From Eledone cirrhosa (taxonomy: Eukaryota): a stretch of DNA of 64,000 nt. Shown here one piece after another: positions 25,928-40,214 of the stretch (the stretch's first letter is position 1; each line of letters begins with the position of its first letter). The notes under the pieces were generated by a model. That model saw only the letters and a program-made list of their open reading frames with translations, was not told the origin of the DNA and searched no databases. Location of the stretch: the NCBI GenBank assembly GCA_964016885.1, contig CAXHJY010000503.1:29290-93289 (forward strand), given 5' to 3'. The position numbers and the translations under genes were made by a program.

Positions 25928-26254
25928 CAATTGTTTCTACTTTAGGCACAAGGCCAGCAATTACCCAGTGCATTACTGGTACTTTATTTTATCGACCCCG
26001 TAAGGATGAAAGGCAAAGTTAACCCTGGCGGGATTTGAACTCAGATCGTAAAGGGACGTAACTATGCTGGAAAGCATGGCGTCCGACCCTCTACCGATAC
26101 TGCCAATCCACCTACATTTAAATAATGATACTAGTAATTAACATATATTGTGAAAATATAGCACAATTGGAAAATCTTTATAAATTGCCCCTCTCCTTTG
26201 TCCCTGTCTTTGTATTGTCCCCTACATGTCGGCCCTTGTGGCTAATAAATGAAA

Positions 26255-26286
<32 letters not shown>

Positions 26287-26920
26287 GGTCATATGGCGGT
26301 GGATTGGCAGCATCGGTAGAGCGTCGGACACCATGCTTTGCAGCATACAGTTATGGTCCTTTACGTTCTGAGTTCAAATCCCGCCGAGGTTAACTTTGCC
26401 TTTCATTCTTACTGGGTCGATAAAATAAAGTACCAGTAACGTACTGGGTTCGATTTAATCGACTTTCCCCTCTCCAAAAATTGCTGGCATTGTGCCTATA
26501 CAAGAAATAATAATTATTATTATTGACCATAGGGCGGTGGATTGACCGAATCTGTGGGGCGTCGAACAAAATGCTTTGTGGGATTTGTTTGCGGCCTTTT
26601 CCCTGATGAATTCAAATCCGGTCAAGTTCAACCTTGTCTTATAATTTTTCAGTATCGATAAAGTGAAATACCAGTCAAATACTGTGGTGATATCGACGAT
26701 TTTCCTCGCTCCACAAATTGCTGGCCTTGTGCCTAAATTAGAAACCTCGGCGGGATTTGAACGGTCTGAGTTCAAATCTCACCGAGGTTAACTTAGCCTT
26801 TCATCCTTACGGGGTCGATAAAATAAAGTACCAGTAATGTACTGGGGTCGATTTAATCCCCCCCCCCCCCACCGCCAAAAAAAAACATTGCTGGCCTTGT
26901 GCCTATAGTAGAAACAGTTA
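25928..26920. mobile_element. SINE cluster (one - copy, three + copies)
   Basis: 25928-26113 (-), 26295-26515 (+), 26532-26745 (+, diverged), 26760-26920 (+). Confidence 0.8.
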
Positions 26921-27002
26921 TTACACTGTGGTATTGAGTTTCGTCCGGTCGTTGAAGCCGATTAAATTTTGCGTAGCTCTGAAATAAAGGTTCAAGCTAC
27001 TG

Positions 27003-27045
<43 letters not shown>

Positions 27046-27789
27046 CACTTCTTTTCAGCGTGTGGTGTCTTTGTGCCTGATTCATTACTCTCGCTATTGC
27101 AGCGGTGAAGGTGTACGAAACGTCTTCACGGTAAATGTTTACATACAATAGACAGGTAGACAATATAGGGTCAAGAGTTTTTGGCCTGTCTGTGTAAGGC
27201 GTGTGGGTGGGGATGAGGGGAAGGGCATAGCTTCTCCACCCTAACACCCACACACACATACACACACACACACACAGACACACATTCACACACACACACA
27301 AACACTCACGTTTGCATGCACGGTGGTGTATCGGTAAAATCTAGACTAGACAAGGCCGTTACCGAATCGTTGTGGTTGTTGTTTAACCCCAGGTCAGCCA
27401 TGGACGAATAGAGATATGATCTAACTAAAGCATTCCAGCCTTGACGATCTCGTGAATGCAAATTACATACATACACATTTATACACACACACACACACTT
27501 ACACTCAAACACACTTACACACACATTTACATACACATTTACACACACACATATTTACACAAACGCACATTTACACACACACACATTTACACACACACAT
27601 TTACACACAGACATTTACACACACTTTTACACACGTACACACAGCTTTCATTCACACATTTACACACACGTACACACAGCTTTCACCTACGTACACTGAA
27701 ACACAACTCCTACACAAACCATCCATCTTTTGCTCTTTCTTACACAGCTCACCTCAAATCGTCTCACATTCTACTGCTGCTGCTGCTGT

Positions 27790-27851
<62 letters not shown>

Positions 27852-27865
27852 TAACAACAACAACA

Positions 27866-27899
<34 letters not shown>

Positions 27900-27937
27900 T
27901 AACAACAACTACTACTACTACAACAACAACAACAACA

Positions 27938-27984
<47 letters not shown>

Positions 27985-28295
27985 AGGAGAACTACCGCAA
28001 CCTTCTACACAACCGATCGAACATTTTCCGTTACATTTACACATGTTTTACACGTATGAACGGCGCCATGTGTTGTGTTCAGCAGTGGAGACGTGATAGG
28101 AGAGAACAATCCCATCACGGATCACCGAGGTGGAACAAACCTGTTACCTCTATACGGTGTTAATGTGTGTGTGTTTGTGTATGTGTGTATGTGTATGTAT
28201 GTGTGTGTGTGTTTGTGTGGGTATCTGTATGTATGCTTATGTATGTATGTATGAATCTACGTGTATATATATATATATAACGTGTGTATATACGA

Positions 28296-28327
<32 letters not shown>

Positions 28328-28330
<3 letters not shown>

Positions 28331-28538
28331 GGCGTGTGGCTGAGTGGTTAGAGAATTGGATTCGCAATCGTAAGGTTGTGAGTTCGATTCCTGGACCAGG
28401 CGATGCGTTATGTCCTTGAGCAAGACACTTTATTTCACGTTGCTCCTTCTACGACCGATAGATAGTATTAGCAATTGGAAAGACCAACGGAAACATTGTT
28501 CCCTCGGTCCGATTCGACGAAAGTCGATCGTCTTCCTA
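28328..28538 (+). mobile_element. Second tRNA-derived SINE family inserted in (TA)n
   Basis: A-box TGGCTGAGTGG, B-box GTTCGATTCC, central GTCCTTGAGCAAGACACTTTA and a terminal GAC-GAAA-GTC hairpin. Second copy at 48201. Confidence 0.8.
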
Positions 28539-28973
28539 TATATATATATATGCTTATGTATTTATTTGTGTATGTATGGTGTATGTATTATGTATGTATA
28601 TATGTATGTATGTTGTATGTATGTATGCTGTACATATGCATGTATGTATATATGTATGTAGGTTTGTATGTATGTAGGTATTTGTATTACTATATCACTA
28701 TAAACACATAATATTTCTGCACTGCGTTTGTGCACTGTATTAGTTCGTGTCTGTGTGTTTGAGTTGGTGTGTGCGGTTTGTAAGTGACGGAAGTTGTGAT
28801 ATCTCATCGGATGGAGAGTACTTTGAAGAGCCATATTTGTCATATATTGTCTCACAGTGTTGTTATCTGAGGATTCCTCTATGGGCACACGTGCCTGTGT
28901 GATATCCAGAGCCTTAATCCAAAGATGCGCAAATTTAAAAATATGTTCTACAAAATTCACAAGGAAAACACTA

Positions 28974-29333
28974 TACTCTCAGGTCTCAAATAATGGGGGC
29001 GGGGGATAAGTGCAAAGGAGTGGGTCGATTATTAATATTTCTAGGTTGTCTCCGTTGATTTTTTAAAAAAAGCCAGAATTAGTCGTTTAGTTTACATATT
29101 GAGACCCCAACTATTTATTTTATAACGTATGGGATTTTTAATAATCTACTTTTTTTTGTCTTGTATAATGGTTTCTAATATATAAAGGGATGCTACCACT
29201 TAAAATAGATTTTCGCCGGAGATAGATTAGCACAATTTAATAAGCAGGGGTCGGGTGGATAAGAGCGAATGGTTGGGGTAATCTGAAAAATGAATTAGCT
29301 GGGGTAGAGGACGATTATTTGAGACCCGAAGTA
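28974..29333. mobile_element. MITE, same family as 7782
   Basis: TIRs and shared internal sequence. Confidence 0.75.
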
Positions 29334-30170
29334 AGTGAATTCCATCCATAGCATATATTCAATCTAAGACTACATTGTCCAATGTCAGGGGTTGTAAACC
29401 CATTCCGATCGGAACAACATTTTGCTCATATTCAAATTTGAAAATACGAACTGTCAAAATCTCTAAAACCCTATTAAATATATATATATGACAAAAATCA
29501 GTAATCAACCACAATAATGGTTTTTGATTTAGGGGAGGGGAAAGTCGATTAAATTCACCCCAATCCTTTATTTGTACATTATTTTATCGACTCTGTAAGG
29601 ATGAAAGAATCAACCATAATAATACGCCACATGTGTTTGTAAATATCTGTCTGCAATTCTACACCCACATTGCTACAATAAGAAGTTCGCTTTTAAATCA
29701 TAAAATTCTAGGTTCTAACCCTAATTTTGTCTCTGTAAATAGTTATTTCTCCAAAGCTACTCATACATTTAATCCCGTATGACATTTGTGTATATATACT
29801 GAACATTATCTTTTGTTTTCAAATGTTTCCATCATTGTATAACTTCTGTTTATAAAATATAGTTGACATAATATGTTTATGTACAACAGATAAAATAAAA
29901 TTGCTTTTTCTTTCATGCCTTATAGAATAATTTCCTAAATTTTTGATTTTAAATTATGTAAATTATATCCTAGAAATAGAATTTTAAAAACATTATTTTT
30001 TATCCATAATTACTTCTTTGTGTCAGTAAACAACATAAACTCGAGGTTTCTCGTAATTTATCAAAACGCAAATTTCCTTGTTTGTGCCATTGTTCATATA
30101 TCTACTGGTGTAGATAGCATACCAATCCTGGACTGCAAAATTAATACAGTCAATGCTATTGCCATCATTA

Positions 30171-30352
30171 TTGGCAGTATCGGTAGAGGGTCGGACGCCA
30201 TGCTTTGACGCATAGAGTTACGGCCCTTGCCATTCTGAGTTCAAATCCCGCCGAGGTTAACTTTGCTTTCATCCTTACGGGATCGATAAAATAAAGTACC
30301 AGTAATGTACTGAGTAATTGCTGGCCTTGTGCCAAAAGTAGAAACAATTATT
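30171..30352 (+). mobile_element. tRNA-derived SINE, major family
   Basis: Matches the family consensus. Confidence 0.8.
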
Positions 30353-30519
30353 AATGACAGACAGACAGACACACACACACACATATATATATAAATCGGG
30401 ATGGATGCCGTAAGGAACCGGTTAGACCATTACGATATTTGGGGTAGTAGAGTATGTTTATGAAATTGATTCAGGACCCCGACAGTTGAGCTCTTGCCGT
30501 TTCAACAGCTAGTTCCAGA

Positions 30520-30558
<39 letters not shown>

Positions 30559-30585
30559 GTATTTCTCTCTGCATATATATATATA

Positions 30586-30648
30586 TACTCTGCTATGTAT
30601 TGAGTACCTTACTTACTGTGGTTACCTCCGTTTAAACCCCGAATAACT

Positions 30649-30650
<2 letters not shown>
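30586..30650 (+). mobile_element. Family A tail fragment (opposite orientation)
   Basis: Reverse complement of the 12357 tail, flanked by (TA)n. Confidence 0.65.
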
Positions 30651-30682
<32 letters not shown>

Positions 30683-30707
30683 GTTTATATATATATATCT
30701 GCATATG

Positions 30708-30806
<99 letters not shown>

Positions 30807-31455
30807 ATTGTTGTAGTTTGCTTGAAGCATTGTGGAACAGGAAATACAAATATAACTAGGAAATACGTTTAATTATTTGGAAGCCCGACAATGCGTGTAA
30901 GATTATAATTGTCAAGGTAATAAGAATTAGAGAAAAAGGGGTCATTACCACGGTTGGAACATGTTATAGCACCGATGTGTTATAAACTCTGACTGAAAAG
31001 AATACAGTGTAATGATGATATATTAGTTTAAAGCTTGAAATAGCTGGAAAGCGTGTTAACGTTTCGGAAGCTAGACGTTCACTGGAAAAATGAATGAGAA
31101 AAGAGAGAATGTTTAGCAGAGAGTATACAGACACACACATACATAGGTGCATACATACATAATATATACATACGTAGATACATACCTAGATCATACATAC
31201 ATCCATGCATATATATTTATATATGTATATATATAGCTTAAAGCTATCTCTGTTATTGTATTAAATATATATATATATATATATACATATATATATGCAT
31301 GTACGCTTATATATATGTATATGCATGTATGTTTATATATATATACATATATATATATATATGCATGTACGCTTATATAAATATATGTATATGCATGTAT
31401 ATTATATATATATATATATATATAATATATGTATGTATATATATGTATATATTTA

Positions 31456-31518
<63 letters not shown>

Positions 31519-31582
31519 ATACATTTAGCAGGTCGAGCAAAAGTGCCGGGACATTCTTGATTACGATGATAATGCTATTACT

Positions 31583-31798
31583 AATTGTTTCTAATTTTGG
31601 TACAAGGCCAGCAATTTGAAGGGAAGGCGAAAGTCGATTAAATCGAACCAGTACGTTACTGGTACTTTATTTCTCGAAATTGTAAGGATGAAAGGTAAAA
31701 TTAACCTCTACAGGATTTGAACTCAGAACGTAAAGGGCCGTAACTATATGTCATAAAGCATATTGTCTGACGTTCTACCGATACTGCCAATCAACCGA
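31583..31798 (-). mobile_element. tRNA-derived SINE, major family
   Basis: Reverse-complement match. Confidence 0.75.
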
Positions 31799-32158
31799 TA
31801 ATTTCTTTTATTTGGCAAAAGAGCATCGGATGAAGGAGACATTACAAAGAAAAATTACAATATGAAGGTGTTGTGCAGAGAACTGAGAAAAAGGTGTAAC
31901 AAGTATGTGTAATATTCAGATTAGGCAGTGGTTTCTAATTCAGGCACAGGGTCAACAATTTTTGAAAGAAGGGACAAGTCAATATTATCTACTACAGTAC
32001 GTGAGTAATACTTATTTTATCGGAACCCGGAAGAATGAAAGATAAAGTTTGAGCTTGTCATAAAGAAAAGGTCCGTAACTAAATAATAACACAAGGCATT
32101 TTGTTGAAAGCTATAATGATTCTACTTTCAGTTCGTTTTTAATGATGACGACGGTGTA

Positions 32159-32377
32159 GAAGAAGAAGAAGAAGAAGAAGAAGAAGAAGAAGAAGAAGAA
32201 GAAGAAGAAGAAGAAGAAGAAGAAGAAGAAGAAGAAGAAGAAGAAGAAGAAGAAGAAGAAGAAGAAGAAGAAGAAGAAGAAGAAGAAGAAGAAGAAGAAG
32301 AAGAAGAAGAAGAAGAAGAAGAAGAAGAAGAAGAAGAAGAAGAAGAAGAAGAAGAAGAAGAAGAAGAAGAAGAAGAA
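32159..32377. repeat. Pure (GAA)n microsatellite
   Basis: About 73 uninterrupted units. Confidence 0.95.
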
Positions 32378-32570
32378 TGAAAGCCGAAGCGATTGATTGG
32401 CTGATAAAAGCTAGTTGAGGTTGAGCGCACGCGAAACAAGGCTAAAGTAACGGCGTCGATTGGTCGCGCCTGCTGATTGGCACGCGCTGCTTCAATCGAC
32501 TCCCCCTTCTGCGTCAGCAAACCTCTTAGATAAGGTGGTTTATAATGGCTGATCTCGGAAGAGGAATTGC
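32378..32570. promoter_or_regulatory. CpG-rich promoter/enhancer-like island with three inverted CCAAT boxes
   Basis: ATTGG at 32396, 32459 and 32476, GATA motifs, TTTATAA at 32539 and many CpGs in unique-looking sequence about 7 kb upstream of the Ptf1a ATG. Confidence 0.4.
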
Positions 32571-32887
32571 AGACAGCTTTAATAACCAAGTTGGGATTAA
32601 AAACAGGCTGTATATCTATATATCCCGACGGAAATCGCGGACCAAGTTGTTTTTACCTACCACAAACATTACACAGCTGCGGCGAAGAAACGAGACATTA
32701 TTATATTAAATTAACTGAAAGAAAAATTAATTTAAAAAAAAATAATAATTTAAAAATAATATTTTAAAAACAATAATTTAAAAACAAAACCAAAACAAAA
32801 AAGCTAAAAATACATAACAGGAAGAAGTAAAAAAATATGTCGGATACCAAATTCAAGGTATGAAAAACTTTTTATAAATAATAATAA

Positions 32888-33380
32888 TAATTGTTTCTGA
32901 TTTAGGCACAATGCCAGCAATTTGAAGGGCAGGGCCAGTTGATTATATCGACACCAGTACTTGACTGGTACTTTATTTTGTCTCTCCCGGAAAGATGAAT
33001 TGCAAAGTTGACCTTGGTGGGATTTGAACTCAGAAAATAAAGAGAATACTACGAAAGATTTTATCGGTGCTATAATAATTGTTTCTACTTTTGGCACAAG
33101 GCCAGCAATTATCCCAGTGTATTACTGGTACTTTATTTTATCGACCCTGTAAGGATAAAAGGCAAAGTTAACCTCGATAATAATAATTCTTTTTAGCACT
33201 AGAACAAGCCCAGCAACTTGAGAGAAAGGCAAATCATACGACTCCAGTATTTAAATGGTACTTCACATTATCGAGTACGGAATGACAAAAGACAAAGTTG
33301 ACCTGAGAACGTAAAGAGCCGAAACAAATACTGCTAAGCATTTGTCTGACGCTCTACCAATTCCTCTCACCCTCAGGCGA
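32888..33380 (-). mobile_element. Three tandem minus-strand SINE copies
   Basis: Repeated GGCACAA(G/T)GCCAGCAA..TGGTACTTTATTTT units at ~32890, ~33075 and ~33190. Confidence 0.7.
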
Positions 33381-33896
33381 TATAATAATGATAATTATTT
33401 TTTACGTCGGCACCAGGCTAGGAATTTGAGTAGAAGAGACAGTAGATTATATAACTAAGTCTATCCGTCCATCAGAATGGTTTGATTGCCAGATTCTAAG
33501 AGATTTCGGTTTTAGTTATGGCACTTTATATTCTGAGTTCATATTCCAACTAAATCCTCATTGCGTTTCCATTCCTCTAGTTCCGGCAATATAAGTTCCA
33601 ACATCACTCTAATGTTGGGATACATATAATCAATTGTTCCATTCTCTTTAAATTAATGGCCTTGTACTTATGTAAGAATGTACTTATGTAAGAAATTATT
33701 ATTATTGATATAATTATTTTATTATTGTTATTGATGTTTTTCGTTTAAATGTGTATTATAATACATTATGTACTTTTTGATTTCATTTATTCCAAAAAAC
33801 AAAACTAAACAAAAAAAACAACAAAAAAATGATAATATCAACTAATTCCTATTTACGCAAAAAATCTGAGAAACTTGTGATTATGTGAGAAACGAT

Positions 33897-34232
33897 TTGG
33901 CAGTATTGCCAGAGGGTCGGACATGCTTAGCAGCATATAGTTACGGCCCTTTACGTTCTGAGTTCAAATCCCGTCGAGGTGAGCTCTGCCTTTCATCTTT
34001 ACGGGGTCGATAAAATAAAGCACCAGTTACGCACAGGGGTAGATTTAATCGATTTTCCACTCCCCCAAAATCGTAGGCCTTGTGACAAAATCAGAAACCA
34101 TTATTTGCCATTCTGAGTCCAAATCCCGCCGAGGTTAACTTTGCCTTTCATCCTTATGGGGTCGATAAAATAAAGTACCAGTAATACACTGGGGTAATTG
34201 CTGGCCTTGTGCCAAAAGTAGAAACAATTATT
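33897..34232 (+). mobile_element. Two tandem major-family SINEs
   Basis: Copies at ~33897-34100 and ~34105-34232. Confidence 0.75.
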
Positions 34233-34421
34233 AACATCATTGTCATCGTCGTAATCATCATCATCATCATCATCATTATCAATACTATTATTTTCACTTT
34301 TCCTCTTCTCCAGAAAACTAAACATTCAACGCATACAACCCACAATTTAACGTATGCATGTGTAGATTTATACATATATACATATATATATATATATGTA
34401 AATAGTGAATATATATATATA

Positions 34422-34540
34422 AATAGTGAATCTTGTTATTCTGGAGATTCGTCTGTTTATCACAGGTTCTTGTGATAAACAGGCGAAATTCCAGAGTAAC
34501 AAGACTCACTATTAAGCCTTAATAACATGAATAATAAACA
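34422..34540. mobile_element. Family E fold-back (hammerhead 3' halves, head-to-head)
   Basis: Inverted arms at 34422-34466 and 34469-34513. The + arm reads TCTTGTGATAAACAGGC GAAA TTCCAGAG TA ACAAGA; the CTGATGA core is absent. Confidence 0.7.
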
Positions 34541-34607
34541 TGCGTATGTTCCTTGCAATCTTGCTACCTGAAAATACGTATGTATATACACTTACACAGC
34601 TATGTCA

Positions 34608-35297
<690 letters not shown>

Positions 35298-35919
35298 AGT
35301 AATAATAATACATTTGAAGACTAAAATCCAAAGAGGGCTCGATAAGGATAAATATAAATATATAACTAATCAATACGTTTTAGACTTATGTACGCATACA
35401 TAGACACACACACACACACTTATTTATATTTACATATGTGTGTTTATTGTATATATATGTATGGATGCAAATATTTCTACGCAGTCATGCGATAATAACT
35501 ATTTATGAGATCCAAATTAATTTCATTCTCCTCTCTCTCTCTGTTTTCCTCCTCCTGATTCTCCTCCTCATTAGCATTACTACAAACATCATCATCATCG
35601 ACCTTATATTCACTCATATTACATCTATAACATATTGTAACAAATTCATTTATTAGTAAACATTTGAGTAATGAACCCATAGATCCGTTCAACAATAATA
35701 ACAACTTGTACACCACCACCACCACCACCACCACAACAACAACAACCAAAATTAGCAGCAACAATAACAACAACAATAATATTACGTAGTATCTATACAT
35801 TGTATCATTTTTGCATAAACATGCATGAATCATATAATAGAATTAAAAATAGGAAATGCAGATAAATTTATATGCATATATATATGCATATAAATTTATC
35901 TGCATATCCTATTTTTAAT

Positions 35920-35979
<60 letters not shown>

Positions 35980-35984
35980 TATAA

Positions 35985-36030
<46 letters not shown>

Positions 36031-36400
36031 GCATATATGTGAGTGTGTGGTGCGGCGTGCATGTATGTGTGTGTGTATGTATGTATATATTTATGTATGT
36101 GTGTATTTATTTATGTATGTATGTATGAATGTAATATGATTCATACACACGAAAATGCATCACAATAAATTAGCTGTTTATATATAGAGAGCATTTTTTC
36201 TTTCCGATATCTTTGCTATAAATACATAAATCTTATTAACATATAACCCTTAGAAAGAACTCTTTCTTTTTCTCCTCGCAGTTTGGCAGAGACATTCTTT
36301 GCAAATGTTAACACAATTAGAATATATAGTTTCTACTAATACGTATTCAGTGGTCATTTTAATTTGGTCTCATTTAATCTTGTGATAGGAAAGAGCAAGA

Positions 36401-36501
<101 letters not shown>

Positions 36502-36625
36502 CAGAAACATTAAAATATATAATCGCTTTAATTTGTATAATATGCCATACTTTCAGTTGATTTCCATTCCAAATATGCTTTTTCTCCCTTAATCTCCCTT
36601 CTCTTTCACACATATATATATGTAT

Positions 36626-37017
36626 ATTGGATACCATCAGGGTTGTAGGTGTTATATCAGAGTTTTCCTTCTCCTAGAATTCTGCCTGATGGTATCCAAT
36701 GATGTTGACTTGTTCTTCTTTTTGGTAAATATCATCTTGGTTAAGAGAGTGGGACTGGCTTTGTGCAGTGCCTTTGCTCACTATAAAAGCTTCACGGCAC
36801 AGGCATTGCTTTATATCTGGAGATCTCTCTGCACTTGTCGTCACATGGTACCATTGGCCCAGCACTATGTGTCAATAATTGTCACAAGTGTAGTGTTTGT
36901 ACCAGAGTTTTCAAGTCGCTGGCTGGACTAAAAAGTCACACTTGTTCAGCGCATCGGTAAGGCTCCTCCTACATGGATATAGAGTAGTAGCCGTACTCGA
37001 AAACGAGTTGGCAGCCA

Positions 37018-37021
<4 letters not shown>
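36626..37021 (+). mobile_element. 5'-inverted, truncated copy of the 46030 element
   Basis: 36626-36687 is the reverse complement of ~46254-46315; the remainder is colinear. Confidence 0.65.
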
Positions 37022-37058
<37 letters not shown>

Positions 37059-37162
37059 TGGTGTATCTCCGATGGATGCGGGGTAGTGACGAAAGTTATT
37101 TTATGAGGCGAATGTAACAGTTCTAGTTTTGGAGAAGCCATTTCCTGAGTTATATATATATA

Positions 37163-37242
37163 ATGGCAGCGATAATGAGGGACAGAGACCGCTGGAGAGA
37201 ACTCGCGTCCATGGATCTCGGGAATTTTACCCGCCTTAGATA
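37163..37242. repeat. (TA)n-embedded dispersed repeat
   Basis: ATGGCAGCGATAATGAGGGACAGAGACCGCTGG..CCCGCCTTAGATA is also found at 47682-47759. Confidence 0.7.
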
Positions 37243-37475
37243 GATAGATATATATATATATTAATATATATATATATATAGATAAATCTACCAAATTCTG
37301 AAGACAGCATATATATGTGTAGGTATGTATATTCCTTCTGATAGTTTGTAAAAATTTTACATAGATCTATATGATATGCATACCAACACTAACATATATA
37401 TCCTAGAAACGATCGTAAAATGATGAATTTTTTAATATAAGGAACTGTTTCTTTGTTTATTCATTATTTTTATTA

Positions 37476-37515
<40 letters not shown>

Positions 37516-37524
37516 TATATCAAG

Positions 37525-37880
37525 GCTAAATTGTGAGTCTTGTTACTCTTGAGTTTCGCCTGTCTATCTGGCAAGAACAAGATGGTACTGTGATAATGAG
37601 GTGTAACTCCAGTGTAACAGGAATCACTAATTAGCCTTAATATAATTGTTTCTACTTTTGGCACAAGGCCAGCAATTACCGAGTATATTACTGGCACTTT
37701 ATTTTATCGACCCCGTAAGGATGAAGGGCAAAGTTAACCTCGACGGGATTTGAACTGAGACCGTAAAGGGACGTAACTATGCTAGAAAGCATGACGTCCA
37801 ACCCTCTACCGATGCTACCAAAATATAATGAATATTAAAAGACTACTTCGGTATTGAGTACTCTTTTCTCTTGGCCGTCA
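37525..37880. mobile_element. Family E copy interrupted by a SINE
   Basis: Minus strand ACAGGC GAAA CTC-AA-GAG TA ACAAGA at ~37538-37563. The tail is split by a minus-strand SINE (~37643-37820) and resumes at ~37826. Confidence 0.6.
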
Positions 37881-37903
37881 ACCACATATGGATATATATA
37901 CTG

Positions 37904-37966
<63 letters not shown>

Positions 37967-38505
37967 ATGTGTGTGTGTGTGTATGTATGTATTATGTATG
38001 TATGCAAACAAACACACACACAGAGACACACGTGTATTTATAACATGTATGGCCAGATAGATTGCTCATTCCCTGGATCGTAGTAGTTTAACTAGTAGAA
38101 ATAAGTTGCTTATAGCTTTACTAATCCAACAAATAACCATTCGTCTGCCATAACGCTATCAACAACACACTACGATATCATCAAAAACAACATACAGATC
38201 CTGATCGTATGTTTGTTTATATTATATTTTTATATCTACTGTTGAACACAAATATTCCTTCCTCATCCTCCTAGTCTCCCTTGTCCATCGTTCTGCTTAC
38301 AATCATTGTCACCATCACCATTAACAGAAATATCATCAGTATTTGTAATACAATCATTATTATCCTTAGTCATCGTTACAACTCCTCCACCTCATTCAGT
38401 GAAAGGAATTCTGCTAGCTGCTTGCTCTTTCGTTGTTCGTCACTTCCTCGTCGCAAATATTTATTGCTTGCTTCCATTTTGTAGCCTAAAGAAACCACCA
38501 TCACC

Positions 38506-38560
<55 letters not shown>

Positions 38561-39494
38561 CCACCATTATTATTATTATTATTAATTATTATTGTTATCA
38601 TTAAATTGGTTTTGTAATTGTGTATTTTTATTCAATCTTATTGTAACCCCCCCCCCTGTTCCTGTCGTTGTATTGTCCTCTATATGTCGGCCCTTGTGGC
38701 CAATAAATGAAATCATTATTATTAACGCCTTTGCTCTAGCAAATGTTATACCAACACTAAACCAAAATAGCGAGCTATAGCCAATGGCCAAAGGTCCTTT
38801 GGGTTATTCCGTCTCCTTCAACTTTCTAACGCCTAACTTAGAATCCTTGCTGTTCCTAACAGGGCTGTTTTCTGCAACAATCCAGCCCTGGAATCTAACC
38901 TTTTACTAATTGCTTCCAGAGCGCCTACCCCAATAGGTACCACTTCTGCGTGTCTGATTCTCCATAGTTTCCTGATTATTATTTTTATTATTATTTGATT
39001 CTGTTGCTTTCGTTTCCATGTATTTATATATATTTATTTATTTTTTCCTTCCCCAAGGGCGAAAACGAAGAACACTAACAACAAAAACGCAATCGATACT
39101 AATAACAATGACAATAATAGTAATAACAACAATAACAACGGTGAATAAATAACAGTATAAAAACCAACAGCAACGTTTGGTAAAATCAACAAGTAATGTA
39201 ATATACCTGGCTACATCTCCAGTTGTCACTACCAATAATACCTCTTTCATTAACTTTGGCTACTATCATTATCATACCCATCACCCCTATCACCATCATC
39301 ACCATCATCAGTAGCAGCAACAGGACGAAAAGCAAGACAAAATAATAATAACTACAAAAGCAAAAGTTAGTCAGAAAAGAAAAAGAAAAAAAGGAAAACA
39401 ACACAACCCGGAAACAACATTAAAAAAACAGAGCAATAAGTAAATAACCAACACTGCACATATACTCATACTCACATACAAACACTTACATATT

Positions 39495-39558
39495 CTTACA
39501 CATATAATTTCCATCTAAATCCGCCCCCACCACATCCAGCACGCTGGCGCTTCTCCTG
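39495..39558 (+). promoter_or_regulatory. Possible proximal promoter / 5' UTR of Ptf1a
   Basis: TATAA at ~39503 and a GC-box-like CCGCCCC at 39521-39527 lie just upstream of the ATG. Motif evidence only. Confidence 0.3.
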
Positions 39559-40003
39559 ATGGAAAATCTAGACTTTGGACATTCGCAACACTTCTTAACT
39601 GATTTTGCCATTTCGGCCTATTCGCCAGTCGATGACATGACCTACGTGACGTCATCTTCGTCATCGCCATCGCCGAGCAGTGGCGATGCGGATTCGACGA
39701 GTCTGGTGAAACAGCGGCGCCGGAAGAGGCGGTGTCCGCAGCAACAGATTCAGCAGCGACAAGCGGCTAACCTTCGCGAGCGGAAGAGGATGCAGAGCAT
39801 CAACGAAGCGTTTGAGGGTCTACGTGCGCACATCCCGACGTTACCGTACGAGAAGCGCCTGTCCAAAGTCGACACGCTTCGTCTAGCTATTGGCTATATC
39901 AGCTTCCTCACGGAACTCGTCGAGTCTGATGTCCAGACCAAAGAGAACATCAACCGCTCGGTAGGGGAGCAACCCAAAAAGGTGATCATTCACTGTCATC
40001 GAG
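39559..40003 (+). CDS. Ptf1a: Ptf1a (Fer1-type) bHLH transcription factor, coding exon 1 (partial gene)
   Basis: The translation contains [56 protein letters not shown], near-identical to the PTF1A bHLH. It is followed by [10 protein letters not shown] and a strong donor AG|GTAAGT at 40003/40004 (phase 1), matching the intron position after KVIICHR-G in vertebrate PTF1A. The region is locally GC/CpG-rich. ORF-track sequence beyond 40003 is intron read-through. Confidence 0.95.
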
Positions 40004-40214
40004 GTAAGTTATCATCGTTTGTTTTTTGTTTTCTTTGTTAAATTATTTAATCATTTAATATTCTTTGTTTTCTACAGTTTCCCTTTGCTCTTTGAGAAAT
40101 GTATGAACGACACATAATCCCATTCTCTTTGAAGACAAAAAAAAAAAATGACCCAATTTCCTATTTCTTATTCCAAACCCCAAACCTGAGGTATTGTGTC
40201 TATATTGACTATCT

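Noticed and set aside
40004-40041. C-terminal [12 protein letters not shown] of the 160-aa ORF
   Set aside because: It lies after a consensus GTAAGT donor at the conserved Ptf1a intron position, so it is intron read-through.
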